The notes: generated from the letters alone by a model not told the origin. Shown: positions 47,985-59,640, counted from the first letter of the stretch. The stretch is 64,000 bases of DNA from Octopus bimaculoides (GCF_001194135.2 NC_068983.1:52802425-52866424); one strand, 5' to 3'. Made by a program: numbers and translations.

Positions 47985-48365
47985 ATGTCATTGTTCTAGG
48001 CATCAGCAAAGGTCTTGAACATGTTTGGCATGTTGAATCCTTTGTGGAAACCTCCTAACTATGGACTCCATCCATCTTCCATCTCTTGAACCAGTAGCTT
48101 CTTATCAGATCACACTATTGTAATATTTGTTGACTGAGCCCTTTCTCTCCCACCCTCAGCTTTCATTTTGTCCCCTCACTTTTTTTGCATCTATCCGCTA
48201 ATGACTTACTTCCTAACACATCCAACAATCGACACATTTATGCTGATAATACAACCCTTCCTTCCACTGTAATCCTCTCCAACTACCTAACACACAACCG
48301 GCAGCCTAGACACCATGAGTACACCTGTACTGATTCCATAAATGAAGTCTTTCAAAGCATCCTCC
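47985..48365 (+). pseudogene. CR1/L2/Jockey-group reverse transcriptase relic, left part
   Basis: IVLGISKGLEHVWH (LDISKAFDRVWH), YGLHPS..SSFLSDHTI, NDLLPNTSNNRHIYADNTTL (YADD motif). Confidence 0.8.
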
Positions 48366-48439
48366 ACTAAGGATACATCAGTTTTGTCTCTTTCACTTGC
48401 AAAAATACACAAGGGCTACTCACACCCTGAAAACACCAT

Positions 48440-48977
48440 TGCATTGTACACTTCCAATCGATCCAAATTCGGCGACTGGCACCCATGCCAACCTCTTCTT
48501 CATTGGACACTAAACTCGGCTTGCGAAGACCTGTTGGGACAAGTGAAATCAAAATCGTGCTGAAACCAAATTCGATTACTGGCACCTATGCTTGTGGAGC
48601 GCTAAGAGCACCGTCCGAGTGTGATCATTGCCAGAGCAGCTGCCTGGCTTCCGTGCCGGTGGCATATAAATAGCACCATTTCAGCGTGATCATTACCAGT
48701 GTTGCCTTATTGGCACTTGTGCCGGTGGCACGTAAAAAACACCATTTTGAGCGTGGCCATTGCCAGTACTGCCTGACTGGCCCTCATGCCGGTGGCATGT
48801 AAAAGCACCCACTACACTCTCAGAGTGTGGTTGGCGTTAGGAAGGGCATCCAGCTGTAGAAACTCTGCCAGATCAGATTGGAGCCTAGTGCAGCCTTCTG
48901 GTTCACCAGTCCTCAGTCAAATCGTCCAACCCATGCTAGCATGGAAGGCAGACGTTAAACGATGATGATGATGATGA
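48440..48977 (+). mobile_element. RTE 3'UTR (longest copy) nested in the LINE RT
   Basis: Repeated GCCGGTGGCA(C/T)(G/A)TAAA units and (GAT)n tail. Confidence 0.9.
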
Positions 48978-48979
48978 CT

Positions 48980-49190
48980 TCCTTAGACATGTGCAGCTCT
49001 CAACTAAAACTCACATAGATACTCCAAATGTTAAAGTTTACTGTAACCTAAGATCTCTCCTAGCAAAAGCACTTCCTTAACATAGCTAAGATCACATCCC
49101 AAAGACTTGTTCTCTTCAGATCCAGAACATAATTCAATCTCCAAACTGTGTTGGTGTTCTACAAACCTGAAACAATATTCAAGATGGATT
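48980..49190 (+). pseudogene. Same LINE relic, right part
   Basis: DLS*QKHFLNIAKITSQRL..LFRSR resembles NLSWxxHIxxIAKxASxxLGxLxR. Confidence 0.65.
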
Positions 49191-49517
49191 AACGCCCCTA
49201 CATCTGAAGGCAGTGAGCTGGCAGAAACATTAGCACGCCAGGCAAAATGCTTATCAGTATTTCGTACTGCACCATCGACCAAACCCAGCAAGTAAAAGAA
49301 AACAATGCAAGCTATAAAGTTTTTCTTCCAAAGCTTTCTCTGGTCTTGAATACTTTGAACAAAAAGACCATCAACATATGATTTATGCAATTCCCATAAT
49401 TTCAAAGTTTTACTCGATGACATTACAAGTTTATGATGAACACTATTCTTATTAAACCAATACCGGTTCGGTTAGTTTTGCTGAGAAACTGATAATGTTT
49501 CATAGGAGGAGACTTAC

Positions 49518-49551
49518 GTTTCAGTGAGTTTCCTCCACTTATTACTTATTC
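49518..49551 (-). CDS. Candidate 34-nt exon, (G)ISNKWRKLTE(T), phase 1 to 2; product unknown
   Basis: Acceptor gtattctgttcattctactatttcag, donor gtaagt, single open frame. Confidence 0.3.
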
Positions 49552-50089
49552 CTGAAATAGTAGAATGAACAGAATACCATTGGTGTGGAAGGTTACATTT
49601 TAGACAACATGGAAACAGGAAAATTGTTATTTTTGCTTTTACTCCAAACTAGCCTCACACACAAATGTGCTGTCATTTTTTAAAGTTTATGTCTTAGTTA
49701 AGATATCAGAAATTCAAAGCCCAGATCTGGTGAAAATTTTCTTTGAAATATTTGTGTTGTCCATTTTACAGTTTCATTTACCTTGGTGGAGGTAGTTGGT
49801 AGTTATTTCTCATTCTAATATTGCAATACTGTGATAAAATAATATTCTACTATGTGATGTTATATATTCACCGTTTATAATTGTTGTCTGGTTATAATTT
49901 CCAGTTGTTTTATGATGACTTATTTCTGTCATTGTAGAAGTCTGTATTGGCATTTCATCAGGAACACTTTGCTCTTTAGCCAAATGGTTTTGAGTTCTGT
50001 CTCAGTGAATGGCACTTTGTCCAAGCAACTGCTGTTGTAACTTCAAGCCGACTAAAGCCTTGTGAGTGGGGGATTTTGCAGCTGGAAAC

Positions 50090-50109
<20 letters not shown>

Positions 50110-50133
<24 letters not shown>

Positions 50134-50470
50134 CTGAGACACCCTTCGGTCATGACTGACCATGGGATTGCACCTAGAAAGTTACCCTTCCAGGCACAAG
50201 TCCAGGCAAAGTTGTTTTTATGGAAGACCAGCAGTCGCCCATGCATACCAGCCTTCCCTCTCCACGCCACCAGTGTTATCCAAGGAAAAGGCAAAGGCCG
50301 ATACAGCTTGGCACCTGTGATGTCGCAACTCATTTCTACAGCTGAGTGAACTGGAGCAACGGGAAATAAAGTGTCTTGCTCAAGAACACAACACTCAGCC
50401 CAGTCCGAGATTCAAACTCACAACCTCACGGTCATAAGCTTGACACTCTAACCACTGAGCCATGCACCTT
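50110..50470 (-). mobile_element. SINE family F (tRNA head plus TTGAGCAAGACACTT central motif, CORE/V-like)
   Basis: Head GGTGCATGGCTCAGTGGTTAGAG..GAGTTTGAATCTC; central motif TTGAGCAAGACACTTTATTTCC. Confidence 0.8.
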
Positions 50471-50769
50471 CACTGTGTATATAGAATGTGTATGTATATA
50501 TATATATGTGTGTGTTTATGTGTATATACACACACGTTTGTGGATGGATGTATGTGTGCAGGCATGTTTCCTTGTCCTGATGCCATGCATAATTGTAATA
50601 GAAGTGGTGCCTTTTATTTCCAATCTTAGGAATCGGTGAGATTTTGGGGAAAGGATCTCCCTTTGGAGGTAGATTTTCTACAACATCTACCCATAGAAAA
50701 TCTGCTTCAGCAAATTCTGTCTGACCAATTCCAACGTGGGCAAAACAGACTTTAAAATATGATATCAAC

Positions 50770-50991
50770 AATGATGAGAGCGCCGTGGACGATGACGATG
50801 ACGATGATGATGATGATGATGATGAGGATGATGATGGTGGTGGTGGTAGTGGTGAAGGGGATGTTAGCAGGGATGAGGTGACATTAAAGATGAAGATGAT
50901 GAGAAAGAGAGGCAGGATGAGGATTAAGACAATGGCAATGAAGATGATGGTGATGACGGTGATGACAATGATGATGATAATGATGACAATG

Positions 50992-51022
<31 letters not shown>

Positions 51023-51093
51023 TGATGATGATGATGATAATGATGTTGATGATGATGACGGCAATGAAGATGATGTCGATGTTGATGATGATA

Positions 51094-51133
<40 letters not shown>

Positions 51134-51190
51134 CGATGATGATGATGATGATGACAATGACGACAACAATGATAATATTGACGACGAATA
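50770..51190. repeat. (GAT/GAC)n field after a family G copy (50560-50760)
   Basis: Seen directly. Confidence 0.9.
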
Positions 51191-51684
51191 GTATTTCGTG
51201 TAGGAATCACTTGACCTAGGAAATAAAAAAAAAAAACAGAAGTTTGCTGTACTTTTACACGAATTTTAATCTCATTGAATTATTGCCCTTCTTCTCTCCC
51301 ACCCCAAATCATGATTTATGAAGGCACATTTCCTAAACCAGAATTAGCTAGATAAAAATGATAAACAGGCAATTCCCTTTGCAATTATTATAATTTCTAA
51401 TATTGATGACTTTTTACTGAATCACTAATTGTAGAATGTTATTCTCGTTCATGTGTATATTATTAATATGCACACCAATGAATAATATCTTATTATTAGA
51501 AATATACCATTATTATTCATTATATCAATATATTATTATTATAGTCAATAATACATCCATAATAATAATACAACTCATTGATTTATCTCGTGGGTGTGTT
51601 ACGGGTTATTGTTGGTATTAATATAGTCCTTATAAAAAAGCAAACCTCACTGAATGCAAGAGGCTGGCTTCATTCACATGTATA

Positions 51685-51865
51685 TTACTCTTTTACTCTT
51701 TTACTTCTTTCAGTCATTTTGACTGCGGCCAAACTGGAGCACTGCCTTTAGTCGAGCACAAATTGTTCCCAGGACTTATTCTTTGTAAGCCTAGTACTTA
51801 TTCTATTGGTCTCTTTTGCCGAACCGCTAAGTTACGGGGACGTAAACACCCCAGCATCGGTTGTG
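51685..51865 (-). mobile_element. SINE family A, 3' half
   Basis: Tail TACTCTTTTAC..., consensus match. Confidence 0.85.
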
Positions 51866-51869
51866 TTTC

Positions 51870-52030
51870 TAGTCTTGTATGAAAACATGTCCAGCCATGG
51901 CGAAATACTATCTTCCTTGGTAACGAGTGAGGTTGGTGACAGTAAGAGCATCCAGTAATAAAAAAACCTGTCTCAATGAATCTCATCAGACCCATGCAAG
52001 TATGGTAAAGTGGACATTAAACCAATCAGG
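51870..52030 (+). mobile_element. Family G 3' part
   Basis: GAGTGAGGTTGGTGACAGTAAGAGCATCCAG...CCATGCAAGTATGG. Confidence 0.7.
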
Positions 52031-52084
52031 ATAGTGGTTATTATCTTAAATTCAAGAAAAAGATAGTATTTGCCTTTAACCTAT

Positions 52085-52304
52085 CTTTTACTTCTTTCAC
52101 TCATTAGATTGTGGCCATGCTGGGGCAGTGAGTTGAAGAATTTTAGTCAAGCAAATCGACTCCGGTACATATTTTTTTTTGAAAGCCTAGTACTTATTCT
52201 GCGAATCTCTTTTGCTGAACTGCTAGGTAAGAGGGACATAAACATACCAACATCTGTTGTCAAATTGTGGTGGAGAACCAACACAGACAAAGACATACAC
52301 ATGT

Positions 52305-52310
<6 letters not shown>
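52085..52310 (-). mobile_element. SINE family A, 3' half, running into gap
   Basis: Consensus match. Confidence 0.8.
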
Positions 52311-52346
<36 letters not shown>

Positions 52347-53167
52347 GTGTGTGTGTATATATNNNNNNNNNNNNNNNNNNNNNNNNNNNNNNNNNNNNNN
52401 NNNNNNNNNNNNNNNNNNNNNNNNNNNNNNNNNNNNNNNNNNNNNNNNNNNNNNNNNNNNNNNNNNNNNNNNNNNNNNNNNNNNNNNNNNNNNNNNNNNN
52501 NNNNNNNNNNNNNNNNNNNNNNNNNNNNNNNNNNNNNNNNNNNNNNNNNNNNNNNNNNNNNNNNNNNNNNNNNNNNNNNNNNNNNNNNNNNNNNNNNNNN
52601 NNNNNNNNNNNNNNNNNNNNNNNNNNNNNNNNNNNNNNNNNNNNNNNNNNNNNNNNNNNNNNNNNNNNNNNNNNNNNNNNNNNNNNNNNNNNNNNNNNNN
52701 NNNNNNNNNNNNNNNNNNNNNNNNNNNNNNNNNNNNNNNNNNNNNNNNNNNNNNNNNNNNNNNNNNNNNNNNNNNNNNNNNNNNNNNNNNNNNNNNNNNN
52801 NNNNNNNNNNNNNNNNNNNNNNNNNNNNNNNNNNNNNNNNNNNNNNNNNNNNNNNNNNNNNNNNNNNNNNNNNNNNNNNNNNNNNNNNNNNNNNNNNNNN
52901 NNNNNNNNNNNNNNNNNNNNNNNNNNNNNNNNNNNNNNNNNNNNNNNNNNNNNNNNNNNNNNNNNNNNNNNNNNNNNNNNNNNNNNNNNNNNNNNNNNNN
53001 NNNNNNNNNNNNNNNNNNNNNNNNNNNNNNNNNNNNNNNNNNNNNNNNNNNNNNNNNNNNNNNNNNNNNNNNNNNNNNNNNNNNNNNNNNNNNNNNNNNN
53101 NNNNNNNNNNNNNNNNNNNNNNNNNNNNNNNNNNNNNNNNNNTATATATATATATATATATATATGA

Positions 53168-53430
53168 CTGGGTCCCCATGCCAGTGGTATGTACAAAGCA
53201 GTATCTGAACTTGGTTCATGCTAGTGCCGCCTGACTGGCTCCTGTGCTGGTGACACGTAAAAAGCACCCACTGCATTCTCAGAGTGGTTGGCATTAGGAA
53301 CGGCATCAGGCTGTAGAAACCTTTCCAGATCAGATTGGAGCCTGGTGCAGCCTCCTGGCTTTCCAGCCCTCAGTCAAACCCTGCAATCTATGCCAGCATG
53401 GAAAGCAGACGTTGAATGATGATGCTGATG
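53168..53430 (+). mobile_element. RTE LINE 3' end
   Basis: Consensus match with (GAT)n tail. Confidence 0.85.
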
Positions 53431-53444
53431 ATGATCATCATCAT

Positions 53445-53600
53445 GGGGTTTTTTCAGTTTCTGTCTACCAAATCCACTCACAAGGCTTTGGTCAGGCCAA
53501 GGCTATAGTAGAAGACACTTGCCCAAGGTGCCACATAGTGGGCCTGAACTCAGAACGATGTGACTGAGAAAGAACCTTCTCACTATTCAGCCACGTTGGG
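53445..53600 (-). mobile_element. SINE family A, 5' half
   Basis: CTACCAAATCCACTCACAAGGCTTTGGTC. Confidence 0.85.
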
Positions 53601-55086
53601 GACTATATGCTGTTTATTTTATTCTCAGTGAGAAAGATGTCGCATGATAATTTACTAACTCTGTTGTGTCAATAAAACATTTCTTTTGGGGATTTATTTG
53701 TGCCTCATAATCGACAATAACATGTATTCAATCCCTTTCACACATTCTTCTTAATGTTTTGATCCGAAATCGCTCTGCAATTCTGTACGCAAAATCGTCA
53801 CAGCTAAATCTTCCACAAAACTAGCCTTAGATTGCAGAGCACACTAATCTCTAATCAGCTTATTACTGCAGAAATTGGCCTAAAATGACACTATAGTTTT
53901 AATTAAAGCTGGTGTGTATATCTTAGCTATCTTGTAATTCTAAGATCAATCTAACAAAAATGTAGGACTTAATAATAATATCCTAGATTCTGCCTTGTGA
54001 GAATAGAATAAACAGTAATATCTCCTATCTCTACATTGGAATCTTCACTAATAACATTGGTTCTGATGATTGACTAGGCTGCTCTTATAATTACTAGATA
54101 AAGACAATCATTTTACTTAAACCACAAAGGATCACTGGTAATTAGTAGATGAGAGATTACAATATCCCTAGATACACTCTTCTTCATTTATTTATGTATT
54201 TATTTATTTATTTGTATATTATTTTTGTCAAGAAGTTTCTGAATATAGATTAGCTCTTTGTCTCCTTTTGTTTGCTTCTATCATGAGTAAGGCCAGGCTG
54301 TAGCACTCCTTTCACACCATTAGTTTAGTTTTTTCAACTTTCTTTTGTAAGGTAACTTTTCATTAGGGATAAGATTGCTAGATTGTTTGAGCCATCATGA
54401 TCATGCCTACAGCCATACTGAATCATTGCATTTATATATATATATATNNNNNNNNNNNNNNNNNNNNNNNNNNNNNNNNNNNNNNNNNNNNNNNNNNNNN
54501 NNNNNNNNNNNNNNNNNNNNNNNNNNNNNNNNNNNNNNNNNNNNNNNNNNNNNNNNNNNNNNNNNNNNNNNNNNNNNNNNNNNNNNNNNNNNNNNNNNNN
54601 NNNNNNNNNNNNNNNNNNNNNNNNNNNNNNNNNNNNNNNNNNNNNNNNNNNNNNNNNNNNNNNNNNNNNNNNNNNNNNNNNNNNNNNNNNNNNNNNNNNN
54701 NNNNNNNNNNNNNNNNNNNNNNNNNNNNNNNNNNNNNNNNNNNNNNNNNNNNNNNNNNNNNNNNNNNNNNNNNNNNNNNNNNNNNNNNNNNNNNNNNNNN
54801 NNNNNNNNNNNNNNNNNNNNNNNNNNNNNNNNNNNNNNNNNNNNNNNNNNNNNNNNNNNNNNNNNNNNNNNNNNNNNNNNNNNNNNNNNNNNNNNNNNNN
54901 NNNNNNNNNNNNNNNNNNNNNNNNNNNNNNNNNNNNNNNNNNNNNNNNNNNNNNNNNNNNNNNNNNNNNTTATACACACATATAAGATAATAATATTTGC
55001 AATCTACGGACATTTTTACTCATGCTGGCCACTGGTAAAAATTAGTATTTAATTTTAACCCTATATTTTCAGATTTTGATATATAC

Positions 55087-55124
<38 letters not shown>

Positions 55125-55281
55125 TTAGATTCAGGTGAATATGGTACTTAAGTTTAGGCAGCAGAATTTAGTATGGTATTATCCATACAATTTCAAAGTA
55201 AAGTGATTAAAATCAAAATAAGCAACAGGGATATCCTTGTTGCTTATTTTGATATACATATATATATATATATATATATAC

Positions 55282-55825
55282 ACAGGGTGTGATGGATAAA
55301 TTGTCACCATATATTTTTAATTTCACGCATGTGCATTGTTTGTTTTTGATTTTGTTGACTACACAGTATAGTAGGGTCAGCTGGGCACTGTTTGTGAGAA
55401 AAACAGCACCGCGATGTAATTCACTCTGCCAGAAATTTGGAAACAGCATGCTGTACTGCTTGGTATTTGCACCAAAAGCTCCAATACGAATATTTCAGAA
55501 TGTTTAGGCATCAATCTGAGAAGAGTGTATGTACCAAGAGTGATAAAAATCAGACTTCCAGTCAACATCATGGTGTTTGGAGTAATCACTAATTATTGCG
55601 ACGTTATGCCTCCATTCATCTTCCCACACAGCCTCAAACTCAACATAGAGGCCTACATGAAGTGCCTGGAGGAGGTAGTACTGCCCTGGATCAAGAGAGT
55701 GGCTACTGGCAGACCCTATATCTGTCAACAGGACTCTGCACCATGCCACACAAGCAGGTGAACCCAGTCATGGCTGTCAGACAATTTCTGTGACCACATC
55801 TCGCCTAACTCCCCAGACTGCAACA
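55282..55825 (+). mobile_element. Tc1/mariner DD37D (maT-type) element, internally deleted
   Basis: Left end CAGGGTGTGATGGATAAATT; MQFTLPEIWKQHAV..RRV / IMVFGVIT..DVMPPFIFPHSLKLNIEAYMKCLEEVVLPWI..QQDSAPCHTSR*TQSWLSDNFCDHI..PNSPDCN. Confidence 0.85.
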
Positions 55826-55949
55826 TCAGGTTCCAGTCTGATTTGCCAAGGTTTCTATGACTGGATGCACTTCCTAATGCCAACCATTCTGATAGTGTAA
55901 TGGCTGCTTTTTACTTGCCACTGGCAAGAGTGCCATTGATCTGAAATAA

Positions 55950-56276
55950 TTTACTGGAATAATTTAGTGCCTTCAGACTATCATCTCTTCAGCCCCATGG
56001 AACAGGGTTTGAGAGGCAAACATTATTCCAGTGACGAAGAAGTGAAAACTGTAGTGAAAAAGTGGCTCAAAGAACAGTCAACAGAATTTTATGGAGTAGA
56101 GATACACACTCTCATTCGAAGGTGAAACATTGCTATTGAGAGAAACAGTGACTATGTTGAGAAGTAGGGATGTGATCCACAGAGGACCAGCTTCATTTTG
56201 ATGCATGATACATGTTCCTGTGTTGGTAATTATATCTGTCCTAAACAAAATGGCATTACTTTTTGACTCGCCCTCG
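55950..56276 (+). mobile_element. Mariner (DD34D) 3' end with right TIR and TA
   Basis: LVPSDYHLFSPMEQGLRGKHYSSDEEVKTVVKKWLKEQSTEFY..R*NIAIERNSDYVEK*; TIR TTACTTTTTGACTCGCCCTCG|TA. Confidence 0.9.
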
Positions 56277-56284
56277 TATATACA

Positions 56285-56445
56285 ACAGACTTCTTTCAGG
56301 TCTTGTCTACCAAATCCATTCACAAGACTCTAGTTAGCTCGACGTTATAGAAGAAAACATTTACCCAAGGTGTCACACAATGGGACTGAACCCAGAACCA
56401 TGTGGTTGAGAAGCAAGCTTCTTACTACACAGCCACACCTATGCC
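56285..56445 (-). mobile_element. SINE family A, 5' half
   Basis: Consensus match. Confidence 0.8.
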
Positions 56446-57324
56446 TATTGTATAGTTACCTATATAGTTGTGGCTTATTTATAAGGTGGGTTCGATGTCA
56501 TTAGGACCAAAATCAATACAACCGTATCTGACTTTTTGATTCTCTTTTTCTCAGTCCAATGAATGCCAGTTCAGCATTAATAGTGATCTAAAGCTTCAGT
56601 ACCTTATTAAGAAATCTTTACTGCTTCTATTAAACTGAGGTATGCCAGCTTATATTAAACAAAACATCATATTATTTATATATCATATTACTGGAATGTA
56701 GATATATGTAGAAAAAAAAATAAAACAAGTAAAATAAAACAAAAACAAAAAAAAAACAAAGTGATATTTTCTACTTGAAATAATATCCCAAACTTGATGC
56801 TTTTTATTATTACGAAAATTTCTCTCAATATCGATAACTGCTGTCTCTGTTAATGATAAAATGTGACACAATTATGATAAATTATGTCTTTTGCAAAGAC
56901 AAACAGAATCATCATTATGTCCAGGCTAAGCGTGTTTGTTACTGAAGCACGGTTGATATAGTTTCTGTCGGAAGTCAAAGTGATATCTTTCAGTAAATCA
57001 ATATATTAAATGTTAGAAATTATATTAAACTAAATAGAAATGAGAAAGATATGACAGTTCTTATTAAAGATGCTATAAAACTTATTTTTTTAATAATATT
57101 ATGTTAGTAGACAGCAAGAGTGTCAACTGCAATCAAGAATTAGTTAAAACATAACTTGTTTTTGCATTCTTTCTAGAAGTTAAACTTATATAATTCATTT
57201 GATCTCAATTTTTTTTAAAGTTAGTATATTCAACATGTGAAGGTGTGTGGCCTAGTGGTGAGGATGTTGCACTCAAGGTTGGTAGATTGTGGGATCAATT
57301 CCCATTCTGGGTGGTGTGTTGTAT

Positions 57325-57502
57325 TACTCTTTTTACTTGTTTCAGTCATTTGACTGTGGCCATGCTGGAGCACCACCTTTAGTCGAGAAAATCAACCCCA
57401 AGACTTATTCTTTGGAAGCCTAGTACTTATTCTATCGGTCTCTTTCACCAGTCCTCAATCAAATCGTCAAACCCATGCTAACATGGAAAGTGGACGTTAA
57501 AC

Positions 57503-57534
<32 letters not shown>

Positions 57535-57535
57535 G
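57325..57535. mobile_element. SINE A 3' end (minus) fused to an RTE tail (plus, 57446-57535)
   Basis: ...CTATCGGTCTCTTT|CACCAGTCCTCAATCAAATCGTC...GTTAAAC(GAT)n. Confidence 0.8.
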
Positions 57536-57770
57536 TAGCACCAAAAATTTTTAAGTGCTTAGGGCTTCTATGGGTTTTAATCTGGCCTTTTGTACCAGGG
57601 TGTGGTATTAGGAGCCATCAAGAGAAAGATTAGAAGTTGAATGAAGTTCAGTGATTCCAGTCCACCTGACCATTCCTGGAAAGCTGCGAGATACTTCCAA
57701 TCAGAGCCCTCTACACCTCTAACTACTTGTGATTCCTATTTATGACTTAATGAATTGAATTAGCAAGAGA

Positions 57771-57812
<42 letters not shown>

Positions 57813-58508
57813 TAAATTACAGGGTAGCAAAAAAATTTTTAGAAATTTTATTTACCACCAGTGGTCTAGCGAGAGTAAAAAAACAGTCAATAGACTATGT
57901 ATTATTCATTTAAAATGCAGAGATGCCTATAATAGATGTCCTATTATAGGCATCTCTNNNNNNNNNNNNNNNNNNNNNNNNNNNNNNNNNNNNNNNNNNN
58001 NNNNNNNNNNNNNNNNNNNNNNNNNNNNNNNNNNNNNNNNNNNNNNNNNNNNNNNNNNNNNNNNNNNNNNNNNNNNNNNNNNNNNNNNNNNNNNNNNNNN
58101 NNNNNNNNNNNNNNNNNNNNNNNNNNNNNNNNNNNNNNNNNNNNNNNNNNNNNNNNNNNNNNNNNNNNNNNNNNNNNNNNNNNNNNNNNNNNNNNNNNNN
58201 NNNNNNNNNNNNNNNNNNNNNNNNNNNNNNNNNNNNNNNNNNNNNNNNNNNNNNNGTACAAAGAAAAGTGTGTATGTGAGTGATACATGTATGTGTATGT
58301 GAGTTATTACAGCAGATAGAAAGAGAGTCAATAACACGTGAGCATTTATACCAGTTCTTTGAGTACACTATAGGAAAAGTCTGTATGTGAGAGTAGTTGA
58401 GGCTGTGAGTGTGGCAGAGCGATCACTAGTTGTGATGTTGGCTTCCATGCCAGGGACTTGAAGACAGACGTTCGTCGCTGGCTGAAATTCTCTTGTCTGT
58501 TTATTTAC

Positions 58509-58830
58509 CGTGGTGAATATGAATCACCTAACAGAATCAAAGAGAGAGATGTGCCGCGGTGGTTTAGTTTGGTGTACATAGAAAGTTGTGTTGACGCTGG
58601 TGGTGAAGAGGCTGCTTGGTANNNNNNNNNNAAAGTTGTGTTGACGCTGGTGGTGAAGAGGCTGCTTGGTAGTAGTCGTAGTCTCGTGTTGCTGATGTGG
58701 CGACGGCGGTGGTGGTCATCGTTGGACGAAGCTGTTGATGTGTTGCTGGCTGCTGCTGCTGCTGCTGCTGTCGTGTGGTACATGGAACAGATCTCAAAGA
58801 GACCTTGCCTGTGAGCACTTTGATCTGCTA
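58509..58830 (-). CDS. GC-rich candidate exon, low-complexity Q/T/A-rich; frame uncertain
   Basis: After removing the 40-bp gap-flank duplication, two minus frames are open (..RQQQQQQQPATHQQLRPTMTTTAVATSATRDYDYYQAASSPP..DSYSP with donor CG|gtaaat, or MYHTTAAAAAAASN..HISLFDSVR). Confidence 0.3.
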
Positions 58831-58936
58831 GGGATAAGCTATTAACCATTGATCCACTGGTTGGCAGCTCAATCCACCACATTAACACAGCAGTCATTCT
58901 CCTCTAGTATTATACAAATATGATTTTTCTTGTCTA

Positions 58937-59150
58937 AGGCAGTGAGCAGGCAGAATTGTTAGTTTGCCATTCAAATGCTTAGTGGCATTTCATTTATCTT
59001 TACATTCTGAGTTCAAATTCCGCCGAGGTTGACTTTGCCTTTCACCCTTTCAGAGTCATTGAAGTAAGTACCAGTTAAGTATTGAGGTTGACATAATCGA
59101 CTTACCCTCTGCCCTGGAGTTGCTGGTTTTGTACCAAACTTTGAAATTAA
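58937..59150 (+). mobile_element. SINE family B, tandem copy 1
   Basis: Consensus match. Confidence 0.85.
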
Positions 59151-59167
59151 TATTATTTCTCTTGTCT

Positions 59168-59370
59168 AAGATGGTGAGCTGACAGAACTGTTGGATTGCT
59201 GGGAAAATGCTTTGATTCATTTAAGTTCTGGGTTCAAATGCTATCAGGGTCAATTCTGCCACTCATCCTTCCTGGTTTGATGAAATAAGTACAAGTTGAT
59301 CAGTAGAATCGGTTTAATCAACTTTTTTCACCCCAGACATTGCTGGTGCTGTGCCAAAATTTGAAATCGA
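59168..59370 (+). mobile_element. SINE family B, tandem copy 2 (more diverged)
   Basis: Consensus match. Confidence 0.75.
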
Positions 59371-59424
59371 TATTTTCTTGTCTAGAGCTGTAAAGAATCA
59401 GTAAAATACATACAAATATAGCTT

Positions 59425-59640
59425 AAGGCGGCGAGCTGGCAGAAATGTTAGCACATAGGGTGAAATGCATAGCGATATTTCATCTGTCTTTACGTTCTGA
59501 GTTCAAATTCCACCGAGGTCGACTTTGCCTTTCATCCTTTCGGAGTCGATAAATTAAGTACCAGTTGCATACTGGGGTCGATCTAATCGACTGGTCCCCT
59601 CCACAAAAATTTCGGGTCTTATGCCTAGAATAGAAAAGAA
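59425..59640 (+). mobile_element. SINE family B, tandem copy 3 (near consensus)
   Basis: Consensus match. Confidence 0.9.

Noticed and set aside
56555-56639. Plus-strand exon with strong acceptor and gtatgc donor
   Set aside because: All three frames contain a stop before the donor
58582-58671. Direct repeat of 40 bp
   Set aside because: Copies flank a 10-N gap; assembly artefact
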